Shown here piece by piece: positions 21,847 through 30,632 of a stretch of 32,000 nt of DNA. The stretch is from Sulfolobus acidocaldarius DSM 639 (GTDB lineage: Archaea; Thermoproteota; Thermoprotei_A; Sulfolobales; Sulfolobaceae), in contig NC_007181.1 of the NCBI RefSeq assembly GCF_000012285.1, forward strand, positions 60,001 through 92,000, given 5' to 3'. The position numbers were made by a program, and so were the translations under genes. The notes under the pieces are model-generated. The model was not told the origin of the DNA, did not search any database, and saw only the letters and a list, made by a program, of their open reading frames with translations. The first letter of the stretch is position 1; each line of letters opens with the position of its first letter.

Positions 21847-22237
21847 AAATGATTAAAGAAAACAGTAGAAAACTAGCGCCATCCAATCCATTAACTAGCA
21901 TTGTTATAGCATTTGAATAGAATATTGTATATACGGCTATGTAGATGCCAAACGTTATAAATACTAAGAATATACCCATTAACGCGATAGAGAAGAACCC
22001 TTCTCCTTCTCCCACTATTAAAGAAAAAATCTTTGTGCTACCGGTTATAGAGTAGAATATTCTTTCAACTCCAACTATTACGCCTAGAAAATAGAATGGA
22101 TAAGGGTTAAGAGTATATATAGCATCAAATAATCCCACGTGCACATTTATGATTAGGAACAGAGACGTAACGAACATCACTAAGCCTATTACAAAGTTAG
22201 TGAGTCTTTTCGCTAGTACTTTAATTCTATGGGCCAT
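21827..22237 (-). CDS. Hypothetical integral membrane protein (about 4 TM), 136 aa
   Basis: Four long hydrophobic segments. Overlaps the upstream glycine-zipper gene by 25 nt. I recognise no family. Confidence 0.5.
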   Translation of the reverse strand: MAHRIKVLAKRLTNFVIGLVMFVTSLFLIINVHVGLFDAIYTLNPYPFYFLGVIVGVERIFYSITGSTKIFSLIVGEGEGFFSIALMGIFLVFITFGIYIAVYTIFYSNAITMLVNGLDGASFLLFSLIIFKSWYK

Positions 22238-22638
22238 GCCATAACACCTATAAAAGTTTCACCTAATTCTACATCTACTAACTCACCTAAAAGTATTCCT
22301 CCTAAAGTTCCTAACACTAGACCTCCAAGTCCGCCCAATGTATACCCCAGAGCTGCCCCTAATCCTCCTCCTGCAATCTTTCCAATATACTGGTCTTTTA
22401 TCATGTAAATTCTAGCAAAATCGTAAGTTCCATATTTTCCTTGTTTACTAAGAAGGTAAGCTAGGTCTGCTATGGCCTCTTTTAATTCATTAATGTCATT
22501 GGTTCTATATAGTGTCGTGTATTCCTCAATGTTGCCATTTTTTCTATAATACGTTATTATAAATCCTGCTTTCGTAAATGTTCTAATAGAATTTGGTGAT
22601 TTTCTATTGCCCATAAGTTTAAAAATTACTTTGTACAT
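22213..22638 (-). CDS. Hypothetical protein with C-terminal glycine-zipper membrane segment, 141 aa
   Basis: A soluble N-terminal domain of about 95 aa, followed by IAGGGLGAALGYTLGGLGGLVLGTLGGILLGELV, which carries repeated GxxxG/GxxG. Confidence 0.5.
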   Translation of the reverse strand: MYKVIFKLMGNRKSPNSIRTFTKAGFIITYYRKNGNIEEYTTLYRTNDINELKEAIADLAYLLSKQGKYGTYDFARIYMIKDQYIGKIAGGGLGAALGYTLGGLGGLVLGTLGGILLGELVDVELGETFIGVMAWPIELKY

Positions 22639-22750
22639 CAGTATATTTTGATAATATTGTGATAAATATTTTTTCCTCTTATATGTAAACGATACGAATT
22701 TTAAACCTTAAATTTTAATTCTATGAGCTTTAACATAACATTGATTATGG

Positions 22751-23005
22751 ATGATCACCAGCCAAGACAGTAAGAAATACTATGCTGTTAGCAAACTAGA
22801 TAGTCTTGACCTAGAAAAAAATGTGCAAAGTGGCTATCACGAGCACGTCTCTTCAGCTATTGATGAGATATCAAAGAATGTTAAAGATATACTTAGATCC
22901 CAAGGATATTCTGGAAAATTCGAAATTTTCGTTGAAGTATATGCGAAGGAAAATGGTAAGTCAAGATTAATACAAACTGTGAAGTTAAAAATAAATGTGA
23001 ATTGA
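22751..23005 (+). CDS. Hypothetical protein, 84 aa
   Basis: Intact ORF ending 3 nt before the DtxR-like gene. No recognisable motif. Confidence 0.4.
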   Translation: MITSQDSKKYYAVSKLDSLDLEKNVQSGYHEHVSSAIDEISKNVKDILRSQGYSGKFEIFVEVYAKENGKSRLIQTVKLKINVN

Positions 23006-23008
23006 GGT

Positions 23009-23653
23009 TTGGCTGAACTATCTGAACCATTGGAAAATTACCTAAAGGAGATTTATGAACTTGAGGAAATGAAGGGTCACGCTAGGGTTACCGATATCAT
23101 AAATGATTTTAACATATCTCCTGGTACAATAAGTAAGGCTCTTTCCAAGCTCGAGAAACTGGGGCTAATCAAGAGGGATAATAAGAGACTTACATTAACC
23201 GAGGAAGGGAGAAAAATAGCAGAGAGGTTAATTAAATCTCATAGACTCTCTGAAAGACTTTTAACTGATATATTAGGTATAGATTGGATAAGGGCTCATG
23301 AGTTAGCCCATAGATTAGAGCATATATGGCCTGAGGATATAATTGAAAAAATAGATGTTATGTTAAATAAACCCTCCACATGTCCTCACGGGCACCCTAT
23401 TCCTGGTAGGGGAATCAAGATAAATGGTGTTTTACTCACTGAGGCAGAAGTCGGAAAATTGTATAAGATTTCAATGATAGTTAAGGAAGAAGAGTGGATA
23501 CTTGCAATGGTTAATCAAAAACACATAATACCCGGTACAAAGATAGAAGTTTTAGGCAAAGATCAAAATATCACAAAGGTTAAGATTAATGACAGGATAG
23601 ATGAGATTCCTAATGTTTTAGCAACTCAGATATTGGTTGAAAGGATATTATAG
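23009..23653 (+). CDS. DtxR/IdeR/MntR-family metal-dependent transcriptional repressor with C-terminal FeoA/SH3-like domain
   Basis: [20 protein letters not shown]......SPGT.SKAL.KLEK.GLI (wHTH), then the metal and dimerisation region [13 protein letters not shown]...HE.AH.LEH....CPHG.PIP. TTG start at 23009 with GAGG just upstream. Confidence 0.85.
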   Translation: MAELSEPLENYLKEIYELEEMKGHARVTDIINDFNISPGTISKALSKLEKLGLIKRDNKRLTLTEEGRKIAERLIKSHRLSERLLTDILGIDWIRAHELAHRLEHIWPEDIIEKIDVMLNKPSTCPHGHPIPGRGIKINGVLLTEAEVGKLYKISMIVKEEEWILAMVNQKHIIPGTKIEVLGKDQNITKVKINDRIDEIPNVLATQILVERIL

Positions 23654-23675
23654 CTCAATTTTACTCTTAATAGTT

Positions 23676-24857
23676 ATGGAAACCGATATTGTAAAAACTA
23701 TATTGTCCTATTCTGACAGTTACTTAGCTTTAAGTAGAAAAGTAGAAGTAAACGGGAACAAAATAAGAATTAATGGTGTTGATTATGAATTCCAGAATCC
23801 TCTTTTGATATCTATAGGCAAATCATCACCTAAAATGGCAAAATTTTTCGTGGAGAGACTTAAGGTATCAAGAGGATTGATAGTATCTCCATATCAGGCT
23901 AAGGTTGATAGTCTTGAAGTAATAGTATCTTCTCATCCTAAGATAACTGAGAAAAGTCTGTATGCAGGAAGTAGAATTGTAGATATGTTAAGGCGAGAGG
24001 ATTATGACATAGTAATTTTTTTACTGTCTGGAGGAGCTTCAGCTTTAGTTGAGTACAGTGATGTTCCATTAGAAGTATTAAAGGAAATTAATGATAAGCT
24101 AGTCACATCAGGTCTTTCCATAGACGAAATAAATACGGTTAGAAAGCATTTGTCCAAAATTAAGGGAGGGTGGCTCGCTAAATACTCTAAAGCTCCAATA
24201 GTTTCTCTAATAATCAGTGATGTCCCGAGTAGCGATATCAGTTTTGTTGGGAGTGGACCAACAATTCTTGATAAAACGTCTGTTATCGATGCCGAGAGGA
24301 TATTAGCTAAAATAGGTCTTTCTAGTTACAATAAGTATCTAGTTGAGACTCCAAAGGATATTAAAAATACTGTAAATGTAAAAATATTAGATGTTGAAGA
24401 AGTATTGGTAAAATTAAAGAATCATTTAAAAAATTCTCTATTATTGAGTTCAGAGGTCAAAGGCGATGCTTACTCCTTCGGAGTAAACTTAGCTGGCATA
24501 GCTAATACCTTTGCAAGAATTAATAGACAGGAAAATGTTATTCTGGCAGGAGGGGAGCCAGACGTGAAAATAACATCAAAAGCTGGTAAAGGAGGAAGAA
24601 ATGGAGAAGTATGCTTAGGTTTTCTAAAATATATAAGAGCTAATGCTAAGTTGTACGCCGTAGCAACAGATGGTATTGACGGTAATAGCGAGTACGCAGG
24701 TTGCTACGTAGACCATAATGTAAAAATAGAAAACATTGATTATTATGTCGAGTCCCACTCATCGTACGAAATACTTGAAAAAACAGGTAACGTTATTCAA
24801 ACTGGTTTTACAGGAGATAATGTAAATAATATTTACGTTCTCCACATAAACAATTAA
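23676..24857 (+). CDS. Glycerate 2-kinase (DUF4147 plus MOFRL family)
   Basis: SIGKSSPKMA (GK..MA motif), LLSGGASAL, RKHLS.IKGG, GGEPDVKITSKAGKGGRNGE and ATDGIDG are hallmark blocks of the archaeal class-II glycerate kinase. I chose ATG 23676 (METDIV..) because the track start 23637 overlaps the regulator. Confidence 0.8.
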   Translation: METDIVKTILSYSDSYLALSRKVEVNGNKIRINGVDYEFQNPLLISIGKSSPKMAKFFVERLKVSRGLIVSPYQAKVDSLEVIVSSHPKITEKSLYAGSRIVDMLRREDYDIVIFLLSGGASALVEYSDVPLEVLKEINDKLVTSGLSIDEINTVRKHLSKIKGGWLAKYSKAPIVSLIISDVPSSDISFVGSGPTILDKTSVIDAERILAKIGLSSYNKYLVETPKDIKNTVNVKILDVEEVLVKLKNHLKNSLLLSSEVKGDAYSFGVNLAGIANTFARINRQENVILAGGEPDVKITSKAGKGGRNGEVCLGFLKYIRANAKLYAVATDGIDGNSEYAGCYVDHNVKIENIDYYVESHSSYEILEKTGNVIQTGFTGDNVNNIYVLHINN

Positions 24858-24985
24858 ATTGCATATTAAATAAAGGACATTAAGTCTTAGGTAACCTATT
24901 TTTCCATTATCGCTTGTAATAATAAAGATACTAATATATAGCAAAAGAAATATATATGATTTTACATAAATATGTAACTTAATTC

Positions 24986-25276
24986 ATGAGTTCTGATAAT
25001 ATTGTCTTCATGACCGAACCACATGAGAATAGTATTACCTGGAGAGTAAGCTCAAGAGAAAAAATGGTAATTAAAAAAATCTTAAAACTAAAACATGGGT
25101 TAAACAGGCCAAAACTATATTTCTTCCATGAGACTTTCGTAGGAGGAGAATTATTCCATTATTGCAAGTATGAGAGTGAGCTGATTTTTGCGTATATCGT
25201 CTTCAGGAGAGAGAGTAAAAAATGTGATAGTTTTCACCTAAGATTTAATTTGAAGGGTGAAGTTCTCAAATGGTGA
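24986..25276 (+). CDS. Hypothetical protein, 96 aa
   Basis: Intact ORF overlapping the permease start by 7 nt. No recognisable motif. Confidence 0.4.
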   Translation: MSSDNIVFMTEPHENSITWRVSSREKMVIKKILKLKHGLNRPKLYFFHETFVGGELFHYCKYESELIFAYIVFRRESKKCDSFHLRFNLKGEVLKW

Positions 25277-26070
25277 AGTCTTCTACAGGTTTTAAGATTA
25301 GTTCGTTTGTGTTAACATTACTGCTAGTTATTCCGGTTTTATTTTTACTATTTTATGGTTACGGTCCATATTTTGTAGGGTCTACAGCATTTAGTAGAGC
25401 ATTACTTTCATCCATAGCACTATCCTTCTTTTCCTCAAGTGTGGCAACTGTTCTAATTATAATTATTTTTACCCCATTGGCTTATTATTTAGCTAGACAT
25501 AGGAATCCTTTGATAGAAAGTCTAGTTGATATTCCTGCATCTATTCCTCATCCTATAGTGGGGATCGCAGTTATTTTCATGGGAAGTCCTCTTAATCCAT
25601 TAGGGAGATTTCTTACTTCATTAGGTATTAACATCTATTATAGCTACTTAGGTCTCATACTTGCTTTAGTTATAACATCAGCCCCAGTGTACATTAGAGC
25701 CATGCAAAATTTTTATGAATCTTTACCAAGAAGTTATGAAGAGTTCTCATGGTCTCTAAGATATTCAGAAGTTAGTACTTTTTTTAGAGTCATATTTCCA
25801 TTGTCAACTGGAGGTATCATATCTGCTGGTCTCACTGCAATTGCTAGAGCTATTAGCGAATTCGGTTCAGTTTCTATTGTAGCACCTTTTCTCTCTGGTT
25901 GGATTTTTAATGGTGACTCTCCTGCATCTGTGTACATTTACAACGAGTACCAGACTTACTTTAATGCAGCTATTACAGCATCTGCGACCTTAATTATATT
26001 TTCCTTATTGTTAGTTTTCTCCACAAGAATTGTAAAAATAGTACTAGAGAAGTTAAGATTACTTTATTAA
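25270..26070 (+). CDS. ABC transporter permease, ModB/WtpB/CysTW-type (oxyanion importer family)
   Basis: About 6 TM helices. DIPASIPHPIVGIAV resembles the ModB D.P..LPP.V.G block. ARAISEFGSV is the EAA-loop region that docks the ATPase. Confidence 0.78.
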   Translation: MVKSSTGFKISSFVLTLLLVIPVLFLLFYGYGPYFVGSTAFSRALLSSIALSFFSSSVATVLIIIIFTPLAYYLARHRNPLIESLVDIPASIPHPIVGIAVIFMGSPLNPLGRFLTSLGINIYYSYLGLILALVITSAPVYIRAMQNFYESLPRSYEEFSWSLRYSEVSTFFRVIFPLSTGGIISAGLTAIARAISEFGSVSIVAPFLSGWIFNGDSPASVYIYNEYQTYFNAAITASATLIIFSLLLVFSTRIVKIVLEKLRLLY

Positions 26071-26157
26071 GTCTACCGACTAATCTTATTCCAATGAAGA
26101 ACCCAACCTTATCTGAGGTTATGATGACAGGTTGTTCGTCAGATCGATGTGATTTAA

Positions 26158-26481
26158 ATGTTGTGTAGAGATATGGAATGTATAAAAGGTGTTATTAGAA
26201 GAATTCTCGAGGAGGAAGGCAAAGAGAGTGATGTAGATATACAGATAACCGACCTACCTTATAATCAGCTGTCAGTGTTAGAGGGTAAAGTGGTTAAAAT
26301 AAATTCCTTGCGTTATGAGAGCATGTCTATACAGAGTGGAAATGAGTCCCTCATCATGTCAACATTTCTCATAATAGCTATATTGAAAGCAATATATAGG
26401 GACGACAATGAAGTGAAAAGAGTGCTTGAAACATACTTAAAGGACAACGGTATTGCATCTAAAATGTTAAATATGTTATAA
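26158..26481 (+). CDS. Hypothetical protein, 107 aa
   Basis: Intact ORF with one hydrophobic stretch (IMSTFLIIAILKAI). No ATPase or binding-protein motif. Confidence 0.4.
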   Translation: MLCRDMECIKGVIRRILEEEGKESDVDIQITDLPYNQLSVLEGKVVKINSLRYESMSIQSGNESLIMSTFLIIAILKAIYRDDNEVKRVLETYLKDNGIASKMLNML

Positions 26482-26486
26482 TACCT

Positions 26487-27179
26487 TTATTCTCCTCTTT
26501 TCTCCATTGCTTTTATAGCGTTCTTCACAAAGTCCTCTACTACTTTTTCAGGCTCCTTTGCTTTCATCACTGCACTAGCTGCACCTATACCATCAGCACC
26601 CAATTCTATAGCCTTAAAGACATCTTCTCCTGTTGTTATTCCGGCTCCTGCTAATAGGTAAACATCTTTAGTTTTCTTAATTTCCTCCACAGCCTTAGTT
26701 ATGGCTTCAGGTTTAGCCTTTGACACGGGAATACCTGTTCCTATTAGTTCTGGAGGCTCTATTAATACAGCGTTAGGTCTCAGCAACGCGACGGGCAAAA
26801 CTAATTCATATCTGTCCACGCATACTACACTCTCTAAATTCAGTACTCTGATTCTCTCTAACGATTCAGCCATTTCGTCTAATCTTATTCTTCTCTCGCT
26901 ATGGTTAAGCAGAGATCCTCTGGCGCCAGCATCCTTTATCATTTCAGGTAATATGGCTCCTGTTCTAGCACCCTGTTCTCCACTATCAACATGCTGGGCA
27001 AATACAGTCAATTCAGATTCCTCACTTATACGGTGTATCATTGTAGCTGGGACGGAAACTATTATTTCGGTTCCATATTCTTTGCTTACTTTTTCTATTT
27101 TCTTTGTTATTTCGATAGATTTCTTGCCATAAGAATTTTCATAAGCTTTATAATTAATTAAAATAACAGGCGGTTTCAT
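26487..27179 (-). CDS. tpiA: Triosephosphate isomerase (short archaeal type)
   Basis: [18 protein letters not shown] (catalytic His and Glu region), [10 protein letters not shown] and AGAGI..GEDV are archaeal TIM blocks. 230 aa. Confidence 0.92.
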   Translation of the reverse strand: MKPPVILINYKAYENSYGKKSIEITKKIEKVSKEYGTEIIVSVPATMIHRISEESELTVFAQHVDSGEQGARTGAILPEMIKDAGARGSLLNHSERRIRLDEMAESLERIRVLNLESVVCVDRYELVLPVALLRPNAVLIEPPELIGTGIPVSKAKPEAITKAVEEIKKTKDVYLLAGAGITTGEDVFKAIELGADGIGAASAVMKAKEPEKVVEDFVKNAIKAMEKRGE

Positions 27180-27192
27180 GTCATACTATTGA

Positions 27193-27738
27193 ATGGGGGA
27201 ATTCATATTGAAATTTTGTGGTATAGATTTAGCCGTAAAGCGACCTTCTACAATAGCCGTTTTTGAAAATACATTAATTTATGTAAGTGATGTTGTTACC
27301 GATGGAGAGATTCTCTCGGGTTGTTCTGGTTCCAAAATTATTGCTATAGACTCGCCGTTGTCAATGTCCAAGGGGTTTAGAAAAGTAGATAGGTTAATGA
27401 TAAAAAACGGCTTTAGGGTACTTCCTCCAAGTTGGATGAAAGGATTAGTAGAGAGAGCCATCAGGTTGAATTCCATTTTAAATGCAGAAGTAATTGAGAC
27501 CCATCCGACCTCATCTGAAAAGAACATCAATTTGAATTGGAAAGACGTGGGGGCTAAAAAGAAGGACGAATTAGATGCGGTTATATGCGCTTTAGTAGCC
27601 TATTTTAAGGATAAGGGGAATATATTGAAAATTGAGGCTGAAGATGGTATAATTTATCTATTACCCAGAGGTACTCTTAAAATCGAGAGGAAAAGTGAGA
27701 ATATTTATGAATTTAAAGACTTTTATCCAGCTCTTTAA
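27193..27738 (+). CDS. DUF429-like predicted RNase H-fold protein
   Basis: CGIDLA (first acidic motif), IAIDSPL, ETHP and DELDAVICALVA follow the DUF429 / RNase-H-like block order. Confidence 0.55.
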   Translation: MGEFILKFCGIDLAVKRPSTIAVFENTLIYVSDVVTDGEILSGCSGSKIIAIDSPLSMSKGFRKVDRLMIKNGFRVLPPSWMKGLVERAIRLNSILNAEVIETHPTSSEKNINLNWKDVGAKKKDELDAVICALVAYFKDKGNILKIEAEDGIIYLLPRGTLKIERKSENIYEFKDFYPAL

Positions 27739-29284
27739 TAAAGGTGTTTAATCGCTGATACATTATCACTATTACGATTATGGAGACTAGTATTCCTAAA
27801 TAGATGACGTAATAGTTGAGTTCTGATATTATTCGTACGATAAAAATTTCAAAATTAATGGTTATAAACACGTATATAATCCATAAAATAATTTCATTTA
27901 TTCTCTTTTGTCCTAAGTTACTTAATCTTCTAGTTTCCTCTATCACAAGTAAAGCTAATAGAAACGGCACTAATACTGATATAAGTGGGGCTATGTAGAT
28001 AAAAAATCTCGCAAAAGAAACTAGAAATATGAGAAGATACGAGGCTGAGAATATTGTTATTAATCCTATTAAAATAAACCTTAGTATAAAATTTGACGTT
28101 GTATTTCTATTTAATTTAACCACCCTTGTTATTCTTTGCAGTGCTCCATCAATTCTATCTATCCGTAATTTTTCATATGTCTTTGATATGAGTCCTATTA
28201 TTCTTCTTTCCCTAGGCACTGTTATACTAGTTATGGTCGATGACATCATGACCAAGAATGCTGATAAATTATACACAAGTGATGTAATGATACCCTGCTG
28301 AAATGCGTTAAGCGCTACAATTATTCCTAGTTCGCTCAAAGATGTCATATAGATTCCTGATCTAAAGGCTACGAGGAAATTTGATCCTGTTAACCAATAC
28401 GATGTGCTAAATGACAAGTATTTAACTAGTGTCATAATCAATGATATGGGCACTAGTACATATAGAGACGATAATGATAAATTTAGATAACTACCGGCTG
28501 AGAAAAAGAAAAATATTAGGGAGAAGTCGATTAATGGCGACAAGATCCTTGATACTTTCTTGGTATCTTTCAGTGCATATGAAGCACCTAAGCCAAGTAG
28601 AAAATTAGCTAAAGTTGAAGGGATGTCGAATATCTGTCCAAGTAATGAGAAGCTTAAAACTGATGCTATACTAGAAATAATAACGGATTCTTCTGAAGTA
28701 TTTATACTTCTATTTATTATTGTCCTGGAAACTAGATAACCCAGTCCGAGAGAGGCTAAGGATGTTGGTATTATTTCGACTATATTGGAATTCGATGATA
28801 ATATAACGCCGAGAGCTATGAAAGTTATAACATCTTCTAGTGATAAAACCGCTAATATGAGACCAGACTGTTTATCATCTATTTTATTTTGAATCAATTT
28901 ATAGGTAATTGTAGTGCTAGTTGTCACGCTTATTATTGTCAATATGAAGGTGTCGTAAAAAGGCAAACCGATAATTAGTGAGATGATTGATATTATCGTA
29001 AATCCAACTATGTACTCGGTTATAGCTATTATAGTAGCCTTTGAAAGAATATTTTTCAATTCCCTTATGTCGAGTGAAATACCCACGTTAAAAGAGACTA
29101 AATTAATAGCCAACGTGGATAAAAAATTAAACAAGTCACTACTGTAATCTAAGCCAAAACTCTTACCCAATAGACCGGCTATCAGATAAGCTGGAATAGG
29201 GGATATTCTAAACCTACTTAATGCAACTCCAAATATAGTTGCTATAACCAACGTTAATGTAATAAGAGTAAGTTGCGATTCCAT
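27713..29284 (-). CDS. Cation:proton antiporter (CPA2/Kef-NapA type) with extra C-terminal membrane domain
   Basis: The N-terminus LTLVIATIFGVALSRFRISPIPAYLIAGLLLG-like and about 11-12 TM helices are typical of Na+/H+-exchanger family proteins. The last ~140 aa add further hydrophobic helices instead of a soluble KTN/RCK domain. Confidence 0.78.
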   Translation of the reverse strand: MESQLTLITLTLVIATIFGVALSRFRISPIPAYLIAGLLGKSFGLDYSSDLFNFLSTLAINLVSFNVGISLDIRELKNILSKATIIAITEYIVGFTIISIISLIIGLPFYDTFILTIISVTTSTTITYKLIQNKIDDKQSGLILAVLSLEDVITFIALGVILSSNSNIVEIIPTSLASLGLGYLVSRTIINRSINTSEESVIISSIASVLSFSLLGQIFDIPSTLANFLLGLGASYALKDTKKVSRILSPLIDFSLIFFFFSAGSYLNLSLSSLYVLVPISLIMTLVKYLSFSTSYWLTGSNFLVAFRSGIYMTSLSELGIIVALNAFQQGIITSLVYNLSAFLVMMSSTITSITVPRERRIIGLISKTYEKLRIDRIDGALQRITRVVKLNRNTTSNFILRFILIGLITIFSASYLLIFLVSFARFFIYIAPLISVLVPFLLALLVIEETRRLSNLGQKRINEIILWIIYVFITINFEIFIVRIISELNYYVIYLGILVSIIVIVIMYQRLNTFIKELDKSL

Positions 29285-29666
29285 TTTATGTTCAATCTTT
29301 AAAATAATAAATAATAAATCATTCCTAGAAATAGATACGTAAAGGGTGTAAAGAAAAAATGATTATATGGACAGAAGATACAAGGTTCAAAATATATTAT
29401 ATTAAAAATCATTTGTTAAGTTCTATCTTTTAGCTGGGAATAAGAATAGATATAACATGTGAAGTTTTGGTAAATAAAGTTCATTTATGATAGATTATAC
29501 TCATGCATAGACGAATTTTAATTTCTTATGAGTATATTCCACCGTATATAAAGTCTGTTTACCCTTCAGAGAGAAGTACCATTTAACTCATTAAAACGTC
29601 ATACGATAGATTATTGCCCTTCAATACACATTTTATTTACTAATTTAAATTTGATTCTGATAAGAT

Positions 29667-30632
29667 TTGGTAGTGGTTAAAAGCGAAGTGATTGATAGCC
29701 AGTATCTTAAGAATAATCCATTGAATGATCCCCCATCAAGAAAAGTATATACATTGGAGGTGAATCCTTCTTCGTCTCCTACTTTGATCATTTATCTCAG
29801 TGGTTTTCTATCATCATCTATAAGTTTATTGAATTATGATCCCTTAGTAGAAAATTTTGATCAGAAATTGACTAGACTTAGTAAAGAGGGTAAAATAGAC
29901 AACATGGTTGTTCTTTTACCAGATACCTTCACTTCCGTTGGAGGAAATCAATATATAAATTCTTCAGCTGTTGGTCTCTACGAGGACTTTATTGTTAGGG
30001 AATTGATTCCATATTTTAAGGAGAAATATCATGCTCAGAATGTTGTATTGATGGGCAAGTCTTCTGGTGGATATGGTGCTATGGTATTAGGCATGAAATA
30101 TCCTAATATAATCTCGGGAATAGTTAACCATTCCGGCGATGCGTATTTCGAGTACATTTATATTCCAATGTTCCCTAAAGTTCTGAAGCACCTAAGGAAG
30201 TTTAGCTCTCCAAAGGAATGGTTGAAGCATTTTTGGGAGAGGTCTGACAGGAAGAGAAAAGATCTACTTGATACGCTAACATTAGTTGCAATGTCTGCCT
30301 TCTATTCTCCCCAGGATACGGATATATTGTTACCGTTTGAGTTAGAGACAGGAGAGATAAATTACAATATATGGAATATGTGGTTGGAAAAAGATCCTGT
30401 TAGAATAGTGGATAAAATGTATGATAACCTGAGAAATCTTAAGTTGTTATACATAGATGTAGGGAATAAGGATGAATTCAAACTGGATATAGGTCTAAGG
30501 ATATTGCATGAGAAATTAAACAAACATAGTGTAAATCACTTTTATGAAGAGTACGACGGTGGACATTTCAATATGAGTTTCAGATACGATATCTCTTTAT
30601 CTTTAGTGTCAAGGGTGTTCAATAATAAATAA
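29667..30632 (+). CDS. Alpha/beta-hydrolase esterase (esterase D / putative-esterase family)
   Basis: Nucleophile elbow GKSSGGYGA (G-x-S-x-G), a later D.G..D and an acid/His region at the end (GGHF). TTG start at 29667; GTG 29673 is an alternative. Confidence 0.72.
   Translation: MVVVKSEVIDSQYLKNNPLNDPPSRKVYTLEVNPSSSPTLIIYLSGFLSSSISLLNYDPLVENFDQKLTRLSKEGKIDNMVVLLPDTFTSVGGNQYINSSAVGLYEDFIVRELIPYFKEKYHAQNVVLMGKSSGGYGAMVLGMKYPNIISGIVNHSGDAYFEYIYIPMFPKVLKHLRKFSSPKEWLKHFWERSDRKRKDLLDTLTLVAMSAFYSPQDTDILLPFELETGEINYNIWNMWLEKDPVRIVDKMYDNLRNLKLLYIDVGNKDEFKLDIGLRILHEKLNKHSVNHFYEEYDGGHFNMSFRYDISLSLVSRVFNNK

Noticed and set aside
26701-27132. 143-aa ORF antisense to tpiA
   Set aside because: Shadow ORF on the opposite strand of a confidently identified enzyme gene. 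It has a low-complexity Ser/Leu-rich translation and no start context.
27816-28301. 60-aa and 90-aa plus-strand ORFs opposite the antiporter gene
   Set aside because: Antisense shadows of an AT-rich membrane-protein gene. The same applies to the other short antisense ORFs at 1967-2272, 7947-8210, 12886-13116, 14431-14661, 16249-16470, 18447-18743, 19976-20191, 20268-20450, 24759-24944, 25734-25937, 27279-27530 and 31583-31777.
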